DNA from: Chlorokybus atmophyticus
Lineage: Eukaryota; Plantae; Mesostigma and Chlorokybus algae
Length of the DNA stretch: 52,298 bases
Direction of reading: 5' to 3'
Assembly: GCA_009103225.1 (NCBI GenBank)
Contig: RHPI01003169.1
Span: 228,006-280,303, forward strand
Positions within the stretch are counted from its first letter, which is position 1. Each line of letters starts with the position of its first letter. Of this stretch, positions 20,128 through 33,000 are shown piece by piece. The notes beneath the pieces were generated by a model. That model worked only from the letters and a program-made list of their open reading frames with translations, was not told the origin of the DNA and did no database searches. The position numbers were made by a program, and so were the translations under genes.

Positions 20128-22669
20128 ATGTGGCATGATAACCTTGGTCACCGTGGTCAAGAGGAGCCAGAAGAAGAGTCTCTACTATGGGTACTTGATG
20201 GCAACATGCTTGGTAGGAATGTGGGTGTGCTTGTACACACCGGCACGGTGTGCAACTTGATCAATTTAGGGTTGTTGAATCGTGCAATACGCATGAAAGC
20301 TTGTCATGACAAGTTTACTACCATTGATGGCGCGCCTGTCACAGCCCACTCAATGTACCTTCCCGTTACATCCCCCCCAACTGAAGAACGCTGACGTCCT
20401 CGGCAGCTAGCTCCCATCAGCTGGGGAATCATCCCAGGGGTCTGGTTAGGGTCGGTCAATGGCCCCACCTCCCAAGGATCGGCCAATTTAGGCCCATACC
20501 GGTCAACGCGCGCATAGCGCACCGCCGGCCCCACAGGTCGCATCACGACAGGCAGATCGCGCCCTGCCGCGCCGACTGAACGCCGGCACAACCGCCAATA
20601 GGCAAGTCGCAACCCATCGATGATGTCAGTTATGAAGTGACCATTTACGATGTTACTGGATCCAGAAACAACGATCACGAAATTCGTGTGCAAGGCAGGA
20701 ATCGAACCCTGGTCTCAAGCTCCGATGACCAATGACACAGCCCACTCGACCACAAAAGACTTGGTGCTTTTATAGTCAATTTGTGGTAATTTTATGTACC
20801 TTCCCGTTACAGTGCCCATATTGGTGCTTGGCCAAGTTGAGCTTCAAGTCAACATAGGCAACTACTCTAGTATGGTGTTGCTTCGTGGTGTGGACATGAG
20901 GATGCAAGGCATTTAAATAATCCTAGGCCAAAATTGGCAGTTGCGTTTACGTGCAATACTAGATGCGGGGAAGAAATTGTGCACCGTGTTTGGGGGAGAG
21001 CACAAGTATGAGATTTTGGTGTCTCAACGAAAGATCCCAACTTTAAGNNNNNNNNNNNNNNNNNNNNNNNNNNNNNNNNNNNNNNNNNNNNNNNNNNNNN
21101 NNNNNNNNNNNNNNNNNNNNNNNNNNNNNNNNNNNNNNNNNNNNNNNNNNNNNNNNNNNNNNNNNNNNNNNNNNNNNNNNNNNNNNNNNNNNNNNNNNNN
21201 NNNNNNNNNNNNNNNNNNNNNNNNNNNNNNNNNNAGCGATGTGGGGGGGGGGGCGCGCAAGCGCGTGGTTCCTTTGGTAAGCTACCACCGCGACGGGGAA
21301 GAAGGCCTCGGTAGTGAAGCTCGTGGTGCACAACACGCGGGGAGTGCTTCTGCAAATAAGAACCAAGAGCTCCACCCTATTGTTGTCAACAATTTGGACG
21401 TGTTCAAGGACGAACTACCTTCACTCCCCATCGAAGTGCGACACTTGGCATGCAATACCCCTCAAGGATGAGAACAAAGTGCCTCCATCAAGGCCTTTGT
21501 GTAAGCGAAGCCCGGTTGAGTACGCGGAAATGGAGCAGCAAATTTCAATGCTACTTGAGAAGAAGTTGATTGATGTGCGTGGACTAGCGAGCTTTGAACA
21601 ATAACACCGTGAAGAACAAGTATCCCATCCCATGGATTGATGACTTGTACGATCAATTGGGCAAGGCAAAGATGTTTAGTGCATTGGACTTGACGGCGTG
21701 TGTACCATCAGTATACCATCAGATTTGGATTACCAAAGAGGATATTCCTAAGACCGCCTTCAGAACACCTAAGGGACATTTTTAATACAAAGTGTTGCCC
21801 TTTGGTTTGACCAATGCACCCGTTACTTTTCAAGCGGTAATGAACCACATTGTTGCTCCATATATCAACAAGTTTGTACTTGTCTATCTCGATGACATTT
21901 GGGTGGTATAATGAGAATGAGGAGGAGCATGCTAAGCACCTCCAACTAGTGTTGAACACACTAGTTGGAGGTGCAAGAATAAGTTTCATGCTTGCTTAAA
22001 GAAATGTCGCTTCTTTTAAGAAGAGGTGTTGTTGTTTCTTGGGCACGTTGTTGGTAATGGAACCATCAAGGCCGACCCTGCAAAGGTAGGCATAGTGAAG
22101 GAATGGCCTTTACCGAAGAATGTGTCCGACTTGCGGTCATTTTTGGGCCTTGCTAACTACTTTAGACGCTTCTACATAGGGTACGTGGTTAAAGCAACGC
22201 CGCTCACTAAGTTGTTGAGCAAGGACATCGAATGGAGTTGAGGAGAGACACAACAACAAGCCTGTGATGGCATCAAAGGTGCATTAGTGAATGCACCATG
22301 TTGCAAATGCCGGACTTCTCCCAACCCTTTGAGATGGATGCTAGCTTGCACGGCACCGGTGCGGTGTTGTTGCAAGATGGACATCTCGTTGCTTTCGAGT
22401 CACACAAGTTTAGTGACGCCGAGCGCAACTACACCACAACCGAGCAAGAGTTGCTTGGTGTAATAAACGCCTTGTTGAAATGGCGTTGTTACTTAGACAG
22501 GGTGAAGTTCAAGGTTGTAACCGACCACAATCCCCTCATCTACCTTCCCCAACAACCCAAATTGTCACGAAAACAAGCACGGTGGGCAGAGTTCATATCG
22601 CGCTTGACTTTGAGTTGGAGTATAGGCCAGGGAGGATCAATGTTGCGGATTCTTAAAGTAGAGCGCCCG
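20128..22669 (+). pseudogene. pol: pol of D: protease (split by the TRIM), RT, RNase H; contains an N gap at 21048-21234
   Basis: VLVHTG..CNLI, TIDGAP|[59 protein letters not shown]. Confidence 0.88.
20337..20811 (-). mobile_element. 475-bp TRIM-like miniature LTR element
   Basis: Direct repeats 20337-20370 (34 bp) and 20733-20811 (79 bp) share both ends (CACAGCCCACTC..ATGTACCTTCCCGTTACA). PPT 20371-20378, PBS-like 20719-20731, TSD GCGCC/GTGCC. Excision restores the host protease. Confidence 0.8.
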
Positions 22670-23338
22670 TGTAACAGTCAAGGCCAAATTTCGTGATTTT
22701 CATGGCCATTTTAGGCCTTATTTGTGAGGTATCATGTTTTTCATGACTTGTGGCGGATATCGGCGAGTTGCGAGTCTGCCGCAGATATCGACCGGCCCAG
22801 GGCCAGTCTGGAAGACGCCAGAAAACGGAGGGCCCGTCGAGAGGGCTCGACTAGATTTCTGGAAGGGCCTGGCGCCAAGTAGTATAACTTGACCATATGA
22901 GCAGCAAATGAGGAGATCTTTGGTGCGTCGGAAAGGTCTAGAATTGTACTACAAGATTTTGCAAGAATATCTTAGCTTCTAGTTCCGTCTAGCGCGAGAA
23001 TCGTCTAGACAGTAGCATGTGCAGACTAGTAGGTATAAAAGTGACATTTTACAATTTGCAATACAACCTTTAGCTCCCTGGTTTCTTGTGTGCAAGCCTG
23101 GTGGTGGTTAACAGGGGTTGCTAGCGTGTGTCCACTGGTGTGTGCTTGCTTGTGTGACGATCCAAAGCGCTACACAAGTCGGTGTGTAGCTTCGAGCGCG
23201 TGCGCGTGTGTACGCGGGCGGCGGGGCGCGCGTATGTGCTTGGCAGAGGGGGCAAGGTTCCGGTGTGAATACTATGTCTTGGTAAGAGGGTTGTTGCTTG
23301 GACCAACTCACAGGCAACAAGGCACGAGCACCGTCACA
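22670..23338 (+). repeat. 5' LTR of A
   Basis: TGTAACAG..CCGTCACA; close match to the LTRs of B. Confidence 0.95.
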
Positions 23339-23340
23339 AC

Positions 23341-23352
23341 TGGTATCGGAGC
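23341..23352 (+). promoter_or_regulatory. PBS (tRNAiMet) of A
   Basis: TGGTATCGGAGC 2 nt after the LTR. Confidence 0.93.
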
Positions 23353-23429
23353 TACGGTTGCGGAGGTGCGAGTGTGGTAGCGTTTTAAGCGACGAGGCTG
23401 CGTTTACACTCTACTTATGAAGGAAAGGA

Positions 23430-23704
23430 GGTAAAGACGGAGGATGTCCGTGTTGAGGAACTACAAAATGCAGTCTTGGCACTGCAAGAAGAGCTTCATC
23501 ACATGCAAGCGGCGGCACAAGCACAACGCGAGGCTTACGAGCGTGCCATGGCGCGTGCACAAGTTCCCACGGCGTCAAGCTCGCGCGTGCATGTGAAGAT
23601 GCCAAAGCCTAAGCCATTAAAATGTCAGCGTGATGGAGATGCAGTAGACGAATGGATCTTTCAAGTGTCGTCTTGGTTGAAGCTCACGGAGGTGCCCATG
23701 CATC
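23430..23704 (+). pseudogene. gag: gag of A, 5' part
   Basis: EELHHMQAAAQ..HVKMPKPKPLKCQRDGDAVDEWIFQVSSWLKLTEVPMH, interrupted at 23704. Confidence 0.9.
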
Positions 23705-26700
23705 CACACGGAATTTTTTCCGCGGACCAGCCCTGGTCCGCACGTACGGACCAGGGCCAAAACGCCAGGGCGGCTTGGAGCCGGGACAAGGGTCGCCCGC
23801 CTTGGTCTGCGCGCGGAGACCAAGCCTGGTCTAAAAATGCGGGTTTGTCACGCTTGGTCCTCGGACCATGATGAGGGCTGATCCGGGTGAAAGCCGGCTA
23901 TAATCGGACCGAGTATGCTTTTTTGCAAGGACCAGCATTTGTCAGGTATTAATTTGCAGCAAGACTGACCAATCCTGTACCTGCCTGTAACAGGAGCTAC
24001 GGACCATAGCTGGTGCGCGATAATCTACATCATGCGTTTTGTTGACCGGCCGGCTGCAACCGGACCGACAAAACATTTTACCGGCAATATTACAAAATGC
24101 TGTGAATTGATTGTGTTCCGACGGCTACCTACAGTCAGCTGCTGCAATAAGCTGCAGCTTAATTGCCGCAGCTCACCGCAATTGGGCTGCCGCTGCTGGT
24201 GGCCTGGCGGGCGGCCTGGTGCTCGATATCAAGAGCACCAGGCTACGCCGCTGGCTTGGTCATGCTGGCCTGGTGACGACCAGGCCAGCATGGTCAGGCC
24301 ATGGCTTGTGAGCCACAAGTTGTGGCGCCGCCGCCGTTGTCACAACACTGACCAGGCCATGACCAGCAAACGTTCGTTGGGCCATCTGCTCGTCATGGCC
24401 TGATGGCAGAGTCAATACATGCATGCTCAGCTATCTTATAGCTATCTTATGCTGACCCTGTTGCAGTCAACCACAACCCATAAGGTTGTAACCCTTGATT
24501 TCCGCATCATGCAGTGTAACAGCATATATGCATGCAGCAGCATTCATGCTTACGACAGCACACAGATACATACGAATTAACAAGGACAAATGTATAACCT
24601 CAATAAATTTCAATATGCGATGCTACAACCAAAACAACACACCTATATACATCTGCAAGCTAACTGAGAATCTTCAAGCATGCACACACCATCTACCTAT
24701 ATATAGCAAACGCAATAAGCACATGCGCGCACGCACACATGGAAACCTTTGAACAGCAAACTCAAAATATGACACTTGTGATCTTGTTGTGTAGACAAGA
24801 GAACTAACTCATACCTGTTGGCCCGGTCTAGTGCCCGCTCCTCACCCCTGTTCATTGCTGCCACACCTTGGCTGGTTTGCGAGGTCTGCACGCGCGTGTA
24901 GCTAATACTGTGCATGGGTGCGGCAAGCGTGCAATTGTCAGCACTGTTGATGTCTGCGTGTGCGTATGCGTGCAAAGAAGTAGGTGCACTTGCGGGCACA
25001 TGCATGTATGCGAGGCAGCTTGCGCTTGCAGCCGCCTATAACTTCCAGAAGCTGATTTGGTAGCGCTGGCCTATGGGCCGCACTGGTCAGTGCGGCTCAT
25101 GAGCCAGCAATACCTAATCAGCCAGCCTCATAGGCTGCCTCGGATAGTGCAGCCTATGAGGCTGCACTATCATAGTTGCCAACAACTGTGTGTGCACGTG
25201 CATGCGTGTGTGACCAAAAACACTTGCATGCATGCATGCGCCTGTGTGTACCATGCATTCTATGAGCCCAATAGGAGAATTGGTCGTGCACATTCACAAT
25301 CAGCGCACCTTGAAGCTAGAGAGCACGAGCAGCGGGGCGAGGTAGTGCTTGCATATGCAAAGCCGTGCACTACAACTTCTCTGTTCTCAGCAGCAGGTGC
25401 TGATTGCCAGCTTGGGCAATCTGCGTACCTGCACGTGTGCGTGCGCATGAGCGCATGGACGTGTGCCACGCAGTGCGCATGCTTCAAGCTGTTGCATGTG
25501 CGCATCTCTGCAAGGAGGAAGCGGGGGGGGGGGGGGGGGGGGNGTTCCCGTGCTTAGTGTACACGCAGAACTGGCTCATAGGCGGCACTGGATAGTGCGG
25601 CCTATGAGCCAGCCTACAGCAACTTGCGGCACCGTGTCGCCTATGAGACAATTACTGTTCGATTACACGATTCCAACAAATGTATATGTGTTCGCGTGCA
25701 AGCGCGTGCGACAAAGAGCCCATAAGAGAGTGTAAGGCAGATTTAGAGGACATGCATGCTTGCACGCGCATGCCCGTGTGCGTGCGCGTGCGCATGCATG
25801 TATGCGCGCACATATCTGCCCTTCCCTCCCCTTTCCCCTCCGCTTACCTTTTGTTCAGCTGTTGCACCTCGTTGTAGCATCCCCGACTGGCAGTCTTGCG
25901 CCCTGTGAACAGCAGCAGCGTTGGGCTCCCCCCCACCCCACCCACCACCACCCACACACACACCACACCACCACCACCAGCGGTAATGCCCGGAGCATTA
26001 CTAGATTACCAATGCGACTGGCCTTGCAGCATCATGGGCACTCTGCGGCAGGCTGGCAATGTTTCTATAGCTATAGGGGACATGTGAGTGAGCATGTGTC
26101 ACACATGCTGCATGTACGTATATAGTATCTATGTACATGTGAAGCCGAAAGCCACACACACGCACGCATGCACACGCGTACTATGGTACACGCATGCACG
26201 CGTCTCATATGCCTGGCGTGTGTCGCGTTGCTGCATGTAGCTGCTTGACGTGTACAGACAAAGAAAGAAACGATGAAGTGGCCAAACCACTCTCATGAGC
26301 GGCACTAGTCAGTGCCGTCTGTGCGCCCAACTACGGCGACCATCTCATAGGCTGCGCTGAACAGCCTGTGAGACGGCCCGCTCATAGGCACTGTTCAGTG
26401 CAGCCTATGAGTCCGCCTCATAGGCTGCACTGAACAGTGCCTATGAGGCGGGGTTATAGGCTGTTGTGTGCACTGAACATTGCAGCCTATGAGCCCGACC
26501 ATGAGTGTCAATGTTTGTGCGTGCACATTCAAGCATAAGCAATGTTCAATGTCTCTCAATGCACTCTGATGCGCATGCGCACACGCACACTCCGAGGCAT
26601 CGCACCTTAAAGATGGTGGAGAGGTCCANGAGCCAGCCCATAGCAACTGGCTCATAGGCCGCACGGGAAAATGCGGTCTATGAGCCCGATGTTGAATGTC

Positions 26701-29310
26701 AGTGTGTACGTGACTATGTATGCACACATGCAGGTTTACGTGCGTGTGTCATGCAGAGCACATGTGTACTTGCTCACGCACATGCATGTGTACTTGCTCA
26801 CGCGCATGTTCTCCTCTGCCCCCCCCCCCCCCCCCCCNNNNNNNNNNNNNNNNNNNNNNNNNNNNNNNNNNNNNNNNNNNNNNNNNNNNNNNNNNNNNGT
26901 CCTGCGCCCTGAGAAGAGCAGCAGCAGGCTCCCCACCGACAGCGATGTCCCGAGTCAGCGGTGTGCAGTGACTGTTCAGACATGCGTACAACCGAAGATG
27001 TGTGTGACTTTGCACAAATAGTCACGCATAAACACGCCTAAGCACAGGCGCATGCGCTTACACGCAGATGTAAGCGCATGAACACACATACGCGCACACA
27101 CATGCATACACGCATGAAGATGCACACGCACGCGCGCGCCTCAAAGCGTTGTGGGTGTACCTCATGCACACATACACACGTGCTCACACACAGCCGCCTA
27201 TGACTTTTACAACCAATGACCAGCTGGCATAGGCTGCATTGGATAGTGCGGTCTTTGAGCCCATCTATAGCAACCGTCCATAGGCGGCACTGGTTGTGAC
27301 CAGTGCCGCCTATTAGACGGTTGTTACAGATCTATGAGCTGATTCCATTGAGTGTGTGTATGTTTGTATGTGTACATGCGTGTGTGTCAATTGCAAGAGC
27401 CCGTGAAAAATGAAGACAGAGTAAGCGCACGTGCATTCTTGCACGCGCATGCCCGTATGCAAGCACTTGTGCGTGTGTATGCGCAAGCGAGCGAGCGAAT
27501 GCATGCGTGCGTGCGCTGAGTGCTTGACCATGCCCACCTGTCGGTAGGCTCCACTGCCAATGTTTTCCGTCAGTCTCAAACTACCTCAACGCGACTTGGT
27601 GGTGTAGCAGGTGAAGGGTCCGGCATGTGGCTTCTGGCAGGGGCAGAACGGGCTACCTCCGGCCAAGTTGGTTGAGTTTGCTGACTGTGCGCAGGACTTG
27701 TCACACTTATACGGTGAGCCCTGCAGAGTTGAGTGAGCACGTGCTGATGTGTGTGTGAACGTGATGAGAGGAGAGGGGGAGAGAGATGCGGAGACACGTA
27801 TACATGTGAAGAAAGGTACCCACACATAAAAGTACGTGTACGCATGCACATGTACACAAATGTACACACGCACAAATGCACACGCGCGCATACACGCGCA
27901 CGCGCACACATCAAAGGTTCTGGACCTGCAGAGTTCTCGCCAGCACTCCAAAGTGATCTACCATCCGAGACAGCCATAGTAGTTTGTCGCAATGCATGCG
28001 CTGATTGCACTGTGGCGCAACAGCAACGCCAGCTGCACAAGCAGCAAATACATGGGGAACAAGTGCATTGGCAAGTGTGCAAACTGACAATGAACTGCAT
28101 ACCAACAATGTGTGTTAGCCAACGGCTAGGCTGTGCATGCCTGGTGCACTTGAAGAACCAACGACAGCACTCTTTCGCAACCTGTTTCCCAAGCTGTGCG
28201 CCACGTTGTTGCCCCCAAATCTCAAATATGTAGTTACGCCTATGCCGCCATCCCAGCGCCAAATCAGCTGAGACGTCACAAGTTCACTGTGAAATGCACA
28301 CTGCGAAATATGGACGTTGTGGAAGATAACACAATGCATGTGCGTGCTAGACTGCTCAGGTAGAGTTAAGCAAATGCATATCAAGAGCCATACACCATAT
28401 ATACCTGCCGGGAATGCACTGAACGTGCAACTGGTCCAAGAGACTCTGCGTGCAAGCATGCAGGTGGCCATGACACCAGACAATGCGGCTGCAGCTGCTG
28501 TAGCAGCTGCGGCGGTTGTTGCCATGGCTAGTGTTGTTGATTTGCTGTTGTGAAGCTTTGCAACACTGTAGCTTCGCAAGCTACAGCCGCTGGCAGCGGC
28601 TGTAGCTTGCGGTCAACACCATCGGCTGATGCTGCTGCCGCAGCCGACACAAGCACAACCACCACTGTCACAATAACAATGGTGTCACTACAACAACTAG
28701 CTCACAGCAAGCCACAAGGAATGCAATGTTGTGAAGATTCAGTACCACCGCATGCACTAGGCCTACCCCCAGCACCGCCGCCTCCAGCTCCATTAGCTTG
28801 CCGGTTGCAATGCAGTGCCTCAATGCGACCTCAGTTGCGATTAGGGTTTTAGCACGGGATAAGTTCAAGTACAGCCGTACTTACCGCTTTGCTGACGTGT
28901 GTAAGGTCGCGGCCCATCATGCCAGACATCTTCGGTCATTGCGTACGTCTTGGACCAATGGACTCAAGTGACGCGCTACAATGTACCTGGTCCCACGAGA
29001 CGGCTGCATACGGACCAGGTCTGGTTCACGGCACCTGCACACCTGTACCAGTGCTGCTGTGGTTCGCAGGTCGCGTGCGTCGCAACCAGCCCTGGTCCTA
29101 TCATGCAATGCTCGTGCCGTACTAGTGCTGTACCGGTCTACAAGCCGCGGGGTACGCGACGAGCCCTCATTCGGACCATGCCGGCGGGCTCCAGGGCCGG
29201 ACCACCAGTGGTCCGGTTACGTCGGACCAGTCGCAGCACTGGTATGCTAGAACGTACCAGACGTGGTCTGCGGGCCGCGTACGACTGGTCCGCGCGTAAA
29301 AAGCCCTGTA
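23705..29310 (+). mobile_element. 5.6-kb CACAC-ended (CACTA/CMC-like) element with gene-fragment cargo, copy 2
   Basis: TSD ATC (23702-23704, 29311-29313) inside gag of A. Imperfect 26-bp TIR (19/26 match). Clustered GGACCA/TGGTCC subterminal repeats at both ends. Confidence 0.82.
25309..28267 (-). pseudogene. Spliced Kelch-repeat-like cargo fragments (putative exons 28182-28267, about 26900-26980, 25848-about 25935, 25309-25428)
   Basis: Translations TYLRFGGNNVAHSLGN, VGSLLLLFSGRR, GSPTLLLFTGRKTASRGCYNEVQQLN and YLAPLLVLSSFK. Donors GTAAGC and GTGCGC. Frameshifts are present. Confidence 0.5.
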
Positions 29311-30073
29311 ATCTGCACGTGGAGGTTGCAGCGACATTGCTTGAAGGTGCAGCACTTGTATGGTGGAGACATCGTTGTACGCGTGTTGCAAGTGGGTTGG
29401 CGCTACCATTGACCACCATGGAAGAGTTGGCACTGGAGGTCAGGCATCAATTGTTCCCATTGAGAGCGTGAAGGCCGCACGCGACAAACTTGCAACCTTT
29501 GTACAAAAGGGGTCGGTGATGGCGTACACAGCGGCATTTCAGCGATTAGTGATGTCCATACCCAATATGACCGAGGAGGAGCAGCTGGACAGGTATACAC
29601 GTGGTTTGAAACCTTTGGGGCGTAAAAAAGTGGAGCTACGGGACCCGAAGACACTCGCGGAGGCTATACGCATCGCGGAGCGTCTCGACGCGTTGTACTT
29701 CAAGTCCACCACAAGAAACATTGACTGGAGGCAAAGGCATGGTAATCAGCCCCGGGGAGGCTTTCAACATGCATGGAGATGAGGAGAACCAAGTTTAGCG
29801 CTTGCCAATTGAGGTGGAGCTGACTCTGGGCCTGCACCAATGGAGGTGGGTGCCGTACACACGCGTGGAAGTGAGGCGAAGCACGGCGGACGTGGTGAAA
29901 GAGGTAAAGGGGTGCGCAAGTATTATGCGTGTGGGTCGACTGAGCATTTGGCGTTTGGATGCCCCAAACGAAGCACGCAAAGGCCAACACCGGATGGCAA
30001 CCCTCGCCGTGATCGTCGCGTCAACATCATGGAGCAAATTGGCGTGGAGCAGGAAAACGACTTCCCCCAGTAG
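29311..30073 (+). pseudogene. gag: gag of A, 3' part with CCHC knuckle remnant
   Basis: LHVEVAATLLEGAALVWWRHRC, EEEQLDRYTRGLKP, YYACGSTEHLAFGC, ENDFPQ*. Confidence 0.92.
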
Positions 30074-33000
30074 GTGAGGAGGCCACTGCTGGGGATAGGA
30101 AGGAGCCTCGTGCACGGACAAATGCTGTAACATTTCCATTAAGGAAGCAAGAGGAGATGGCTATGAACGCGCCAACGGTGGTGAGTTATGCAAAAGAGGA
30201 GACAACAAAGTACTTCGGGCTTCGAGCACACATTTGCGATGACCAAGGACAATGGAGAGAGTGTAAGCTCGTAATTGATAGCGGTGCCAACATCAACTTT
30301 ATGAGTATTGATATTGCGCGGCGTTACAGTTGGCTTTCGTCATTACAAGGAGGTGAAGTGAAGCTCGCTGATGGAGAGCCACCCTGTGGAGGTAATGGCG
30401 CTGCGTTCATGACCAAAGAGTTGTGCGTTCGCATTGGGAAGATGAAAGTGAACATGCGATTTTGCTGCATCACCCTACGGAACGGGTTTGACAGGATTTT
30501 TGGACTATTGTGGCTATGGCAACATAATCCATTCATTGGAGGAAGCGCGTGCTCTCCATCGAACGAAATGGTGGAGAGTCCATTCAAGCTACGTCGGACG
30601 TCATCGAGGCACGGCACGCACAATCAGGTGGTACGACAATTGACAAGATCTCTTATGTGCAATTGAGGAAGTTATTGTCTCTACGGAAGGCAAAGGCTGC
30701 ATGGTTGTGCGTGGTGCGCGAAAACACTGCAAAGTCAGCACCGGCTGGGTGACGATGTTAAGACGGCTACAATGGACCCCGAGGTGTGTAAACTTGTTAA
30801 AGAATACCAAAATATCATGGTGGACGGACTTCTATTTGATCTACCACCTCCACGGAGCGTAGACCACCGTGTGGAGCTGATTGCGGGCGTGCACAAGCCA
30901 CCGTATCGACCCGTATACAAGTTGTCACCTTTGGAGCTGGAAGAGGCCGAGAGGCAGGTGGCGGGCTTGCTAAAGAGAGGCTACATCAGGCCTAGTAAGT
31001 CCCCTTATGGTGCACCTATTTTGTTTGTACGGAAGAAGAACGGGAGCTTGCGCATGTGCGTCGACTACCGAGCTCGCAACTACATGACGAAGAGGAATTG
31101 CTTTCCACTCCCACGTATCGACGAGTTGCTATAGCAATTGCAAGGTGCGCAGTACTTCACAACACTTGATCTTGCTTAAGGTTATCACCAAATCCGCATC
31201 GCCCCCGAGGATGTGGAGAAAACAGCTTTAACCACACGTCATGGGCACTACGAGTGGTTGGTTATGTCCTTCGGACTTACGAACGCGCCGGCAACATTTC
31301 AAACACTAATGAACAGCGTTTTTGCTGACTTGATTGGTAAGGGAGTCCTCGTGTACCTCGACGACATTTTGGTGTACGCGAAGACAAAGGAGGATCACGT
31401 GGCACTTTTACGGCGCGTGTTGCAGCGTTTGCGCGAACACAAGTTGTACGCCCAGCTACAAAAGTGCAAATTCTTGCTTCAAGAGTGTCGTGTCGCATGA
31501 AGGCATTAAAGCCGGACCCCAACAAAGTGCAGGTGGTGCGCGAGTGGGCTTCCCCGACCAACGTAAAGGAGGTGATGTCCTTTGTAAGCCTTGCGGGGTT
31601 ATATCGCAAGTTTATCATGGGGTTTTCGCGCATAGCTGCTCCCTTAACTGCCCTACTCAAGAAGGGAAAGCCTTGGAGCTGGTCAGCAACATAGGAACAT
31701 GCATTTATTGCGTTGAAGAAGGCGCTGACGGAGGCACTTGTCCTGGCTCACCCCGACATGGAAAAGACATTTATGTTGGCTTGCGACGCGTCCGACACAG
31801 CCATAGGAGCTGTTTTGCAGCAAGACCATGGCAATGGACTTCAACCAGTAGCATTCTTCAGCAAAAAGATGAGTGGTGCGGAGCTGAATTACCCTGTGCA
31901 CGCGAAGGAACTTTTGGCGCATGTAATGGCGCTACGACAATGGCGTTGTTATCTGGAAGGCAAAAAGTTCGTGCTTGAGACGGATCACTCTCCACTGAGG
32001 TACTTACAAACACAACCTCATCCAAGGCGCAGACAAGCACGATGGCTGGAGTTTTTTCAATTTTTTGACTTCGATATCAAGTACAAGCCCGGTATGTCAA
32101 ATGGTGTTGCTGACGCGCTAAGCCGGCTTAATGCAATTGAGGCACTCGCTCAAGTGCAGCCCGAGTGGACCGACCAGATTCGGCAAGTGCTTCAAAAAGA
32201 CACGGAGGGTATGAAAGTGTTGCAAGAGCTGGAAAGTGCAGCTACGGACACTAGTGGGCATTGGTCAATGCGCGCGACGAGCTACTATGGCACCACGGGC
32301 GCTTGTACATCCCCAACGTCGCGCATATCCGTGCGAAATTGCTGAAGGAAGCTCATGACATGCCGATCGCTGGTCACCAAGGGTTAGAGAGGACTTTGGC
32401 AAGCTTGAAGCAGCGTTTTTACTGGCGAGAGATGCATCACGATGTGCGCGACTACGTGGCGTTGTGCGACGCATGCCAAAGGGTGAAGGCAAGCAACCAA
32501 AAGCCAGGTGGGTTGCTTTAAACTCTCCCTGTGCCATTGTCCGAGTGAGAGCAAGTTACCATGGACTTCATCACGGGGCTACCAAAGACAAAAGAAGGGT
32601 ACGACGCTACACTTGTGTTCGTCGACAAAACCAGCAAAATTATACGCTTGGCACCGTGTGGTGAGTCTTGCACGGCACTGGAGGCAGCACGCTTGTTCTT
32701 GATGCATGTGTTTCGTTCTTATGGATTACCACAAAGCATTGTGAGTGATCGCGACCCGCGCTTTACAAGTAAGTTTTGGGAGGCGCTGCATAGTGCACTG
32801 GGTACCACACTGAAGTTTAGCACGGCATTCCACCGCAAACTGATGGGCAAACGAAGCGGGCCAACCGTGTGATTGAGGACATGATGCGTTGCTACGTTAA
32901 CGCGCGACAAGACAATTGGGCGAAGCTGCCTTGAGTTGGTGGAGTTTGCGATCAACAACCACCACAATGCAAGCATAGGTGTCACTCCCTTCCTTATGAA

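Larger units (their letters stand above)
9866..22669 (+). mobile_element. Gypsy LTR retrotransposon D (old, decayed; hosts C, the TRIM and A); 3' part absent
   Basis: LTR end at 10809, PBS, gag split by C, zinc knuckle, protease, RT and RNase H up to the A insertion. Confidence 0.8.

Noticed and set aside
20696-20731. tRNA gene
   Set aside because: Only a T-arm and acceptor-like fragment; no D arm or anticodon arm. Treated as a PBS.
21048-21234. ORFs spanning N runs (also 26838-26898)
   Set aside because: Assembly gaps; ORF continuity across them is meaningless.
26295-26500. Palindromic repeats as a CRISPR-like array
   Set aside because: No regular repeat-spacer periodicity, no cas genes, and a eukaryotic intronic context.
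27545-27585. LTENIGSGAYRQV resembling a kinase glycine-rich loop
   Set aside because: Isolated; no other kinase subdomains nearby, and neighbouring exons look Kelch-like.
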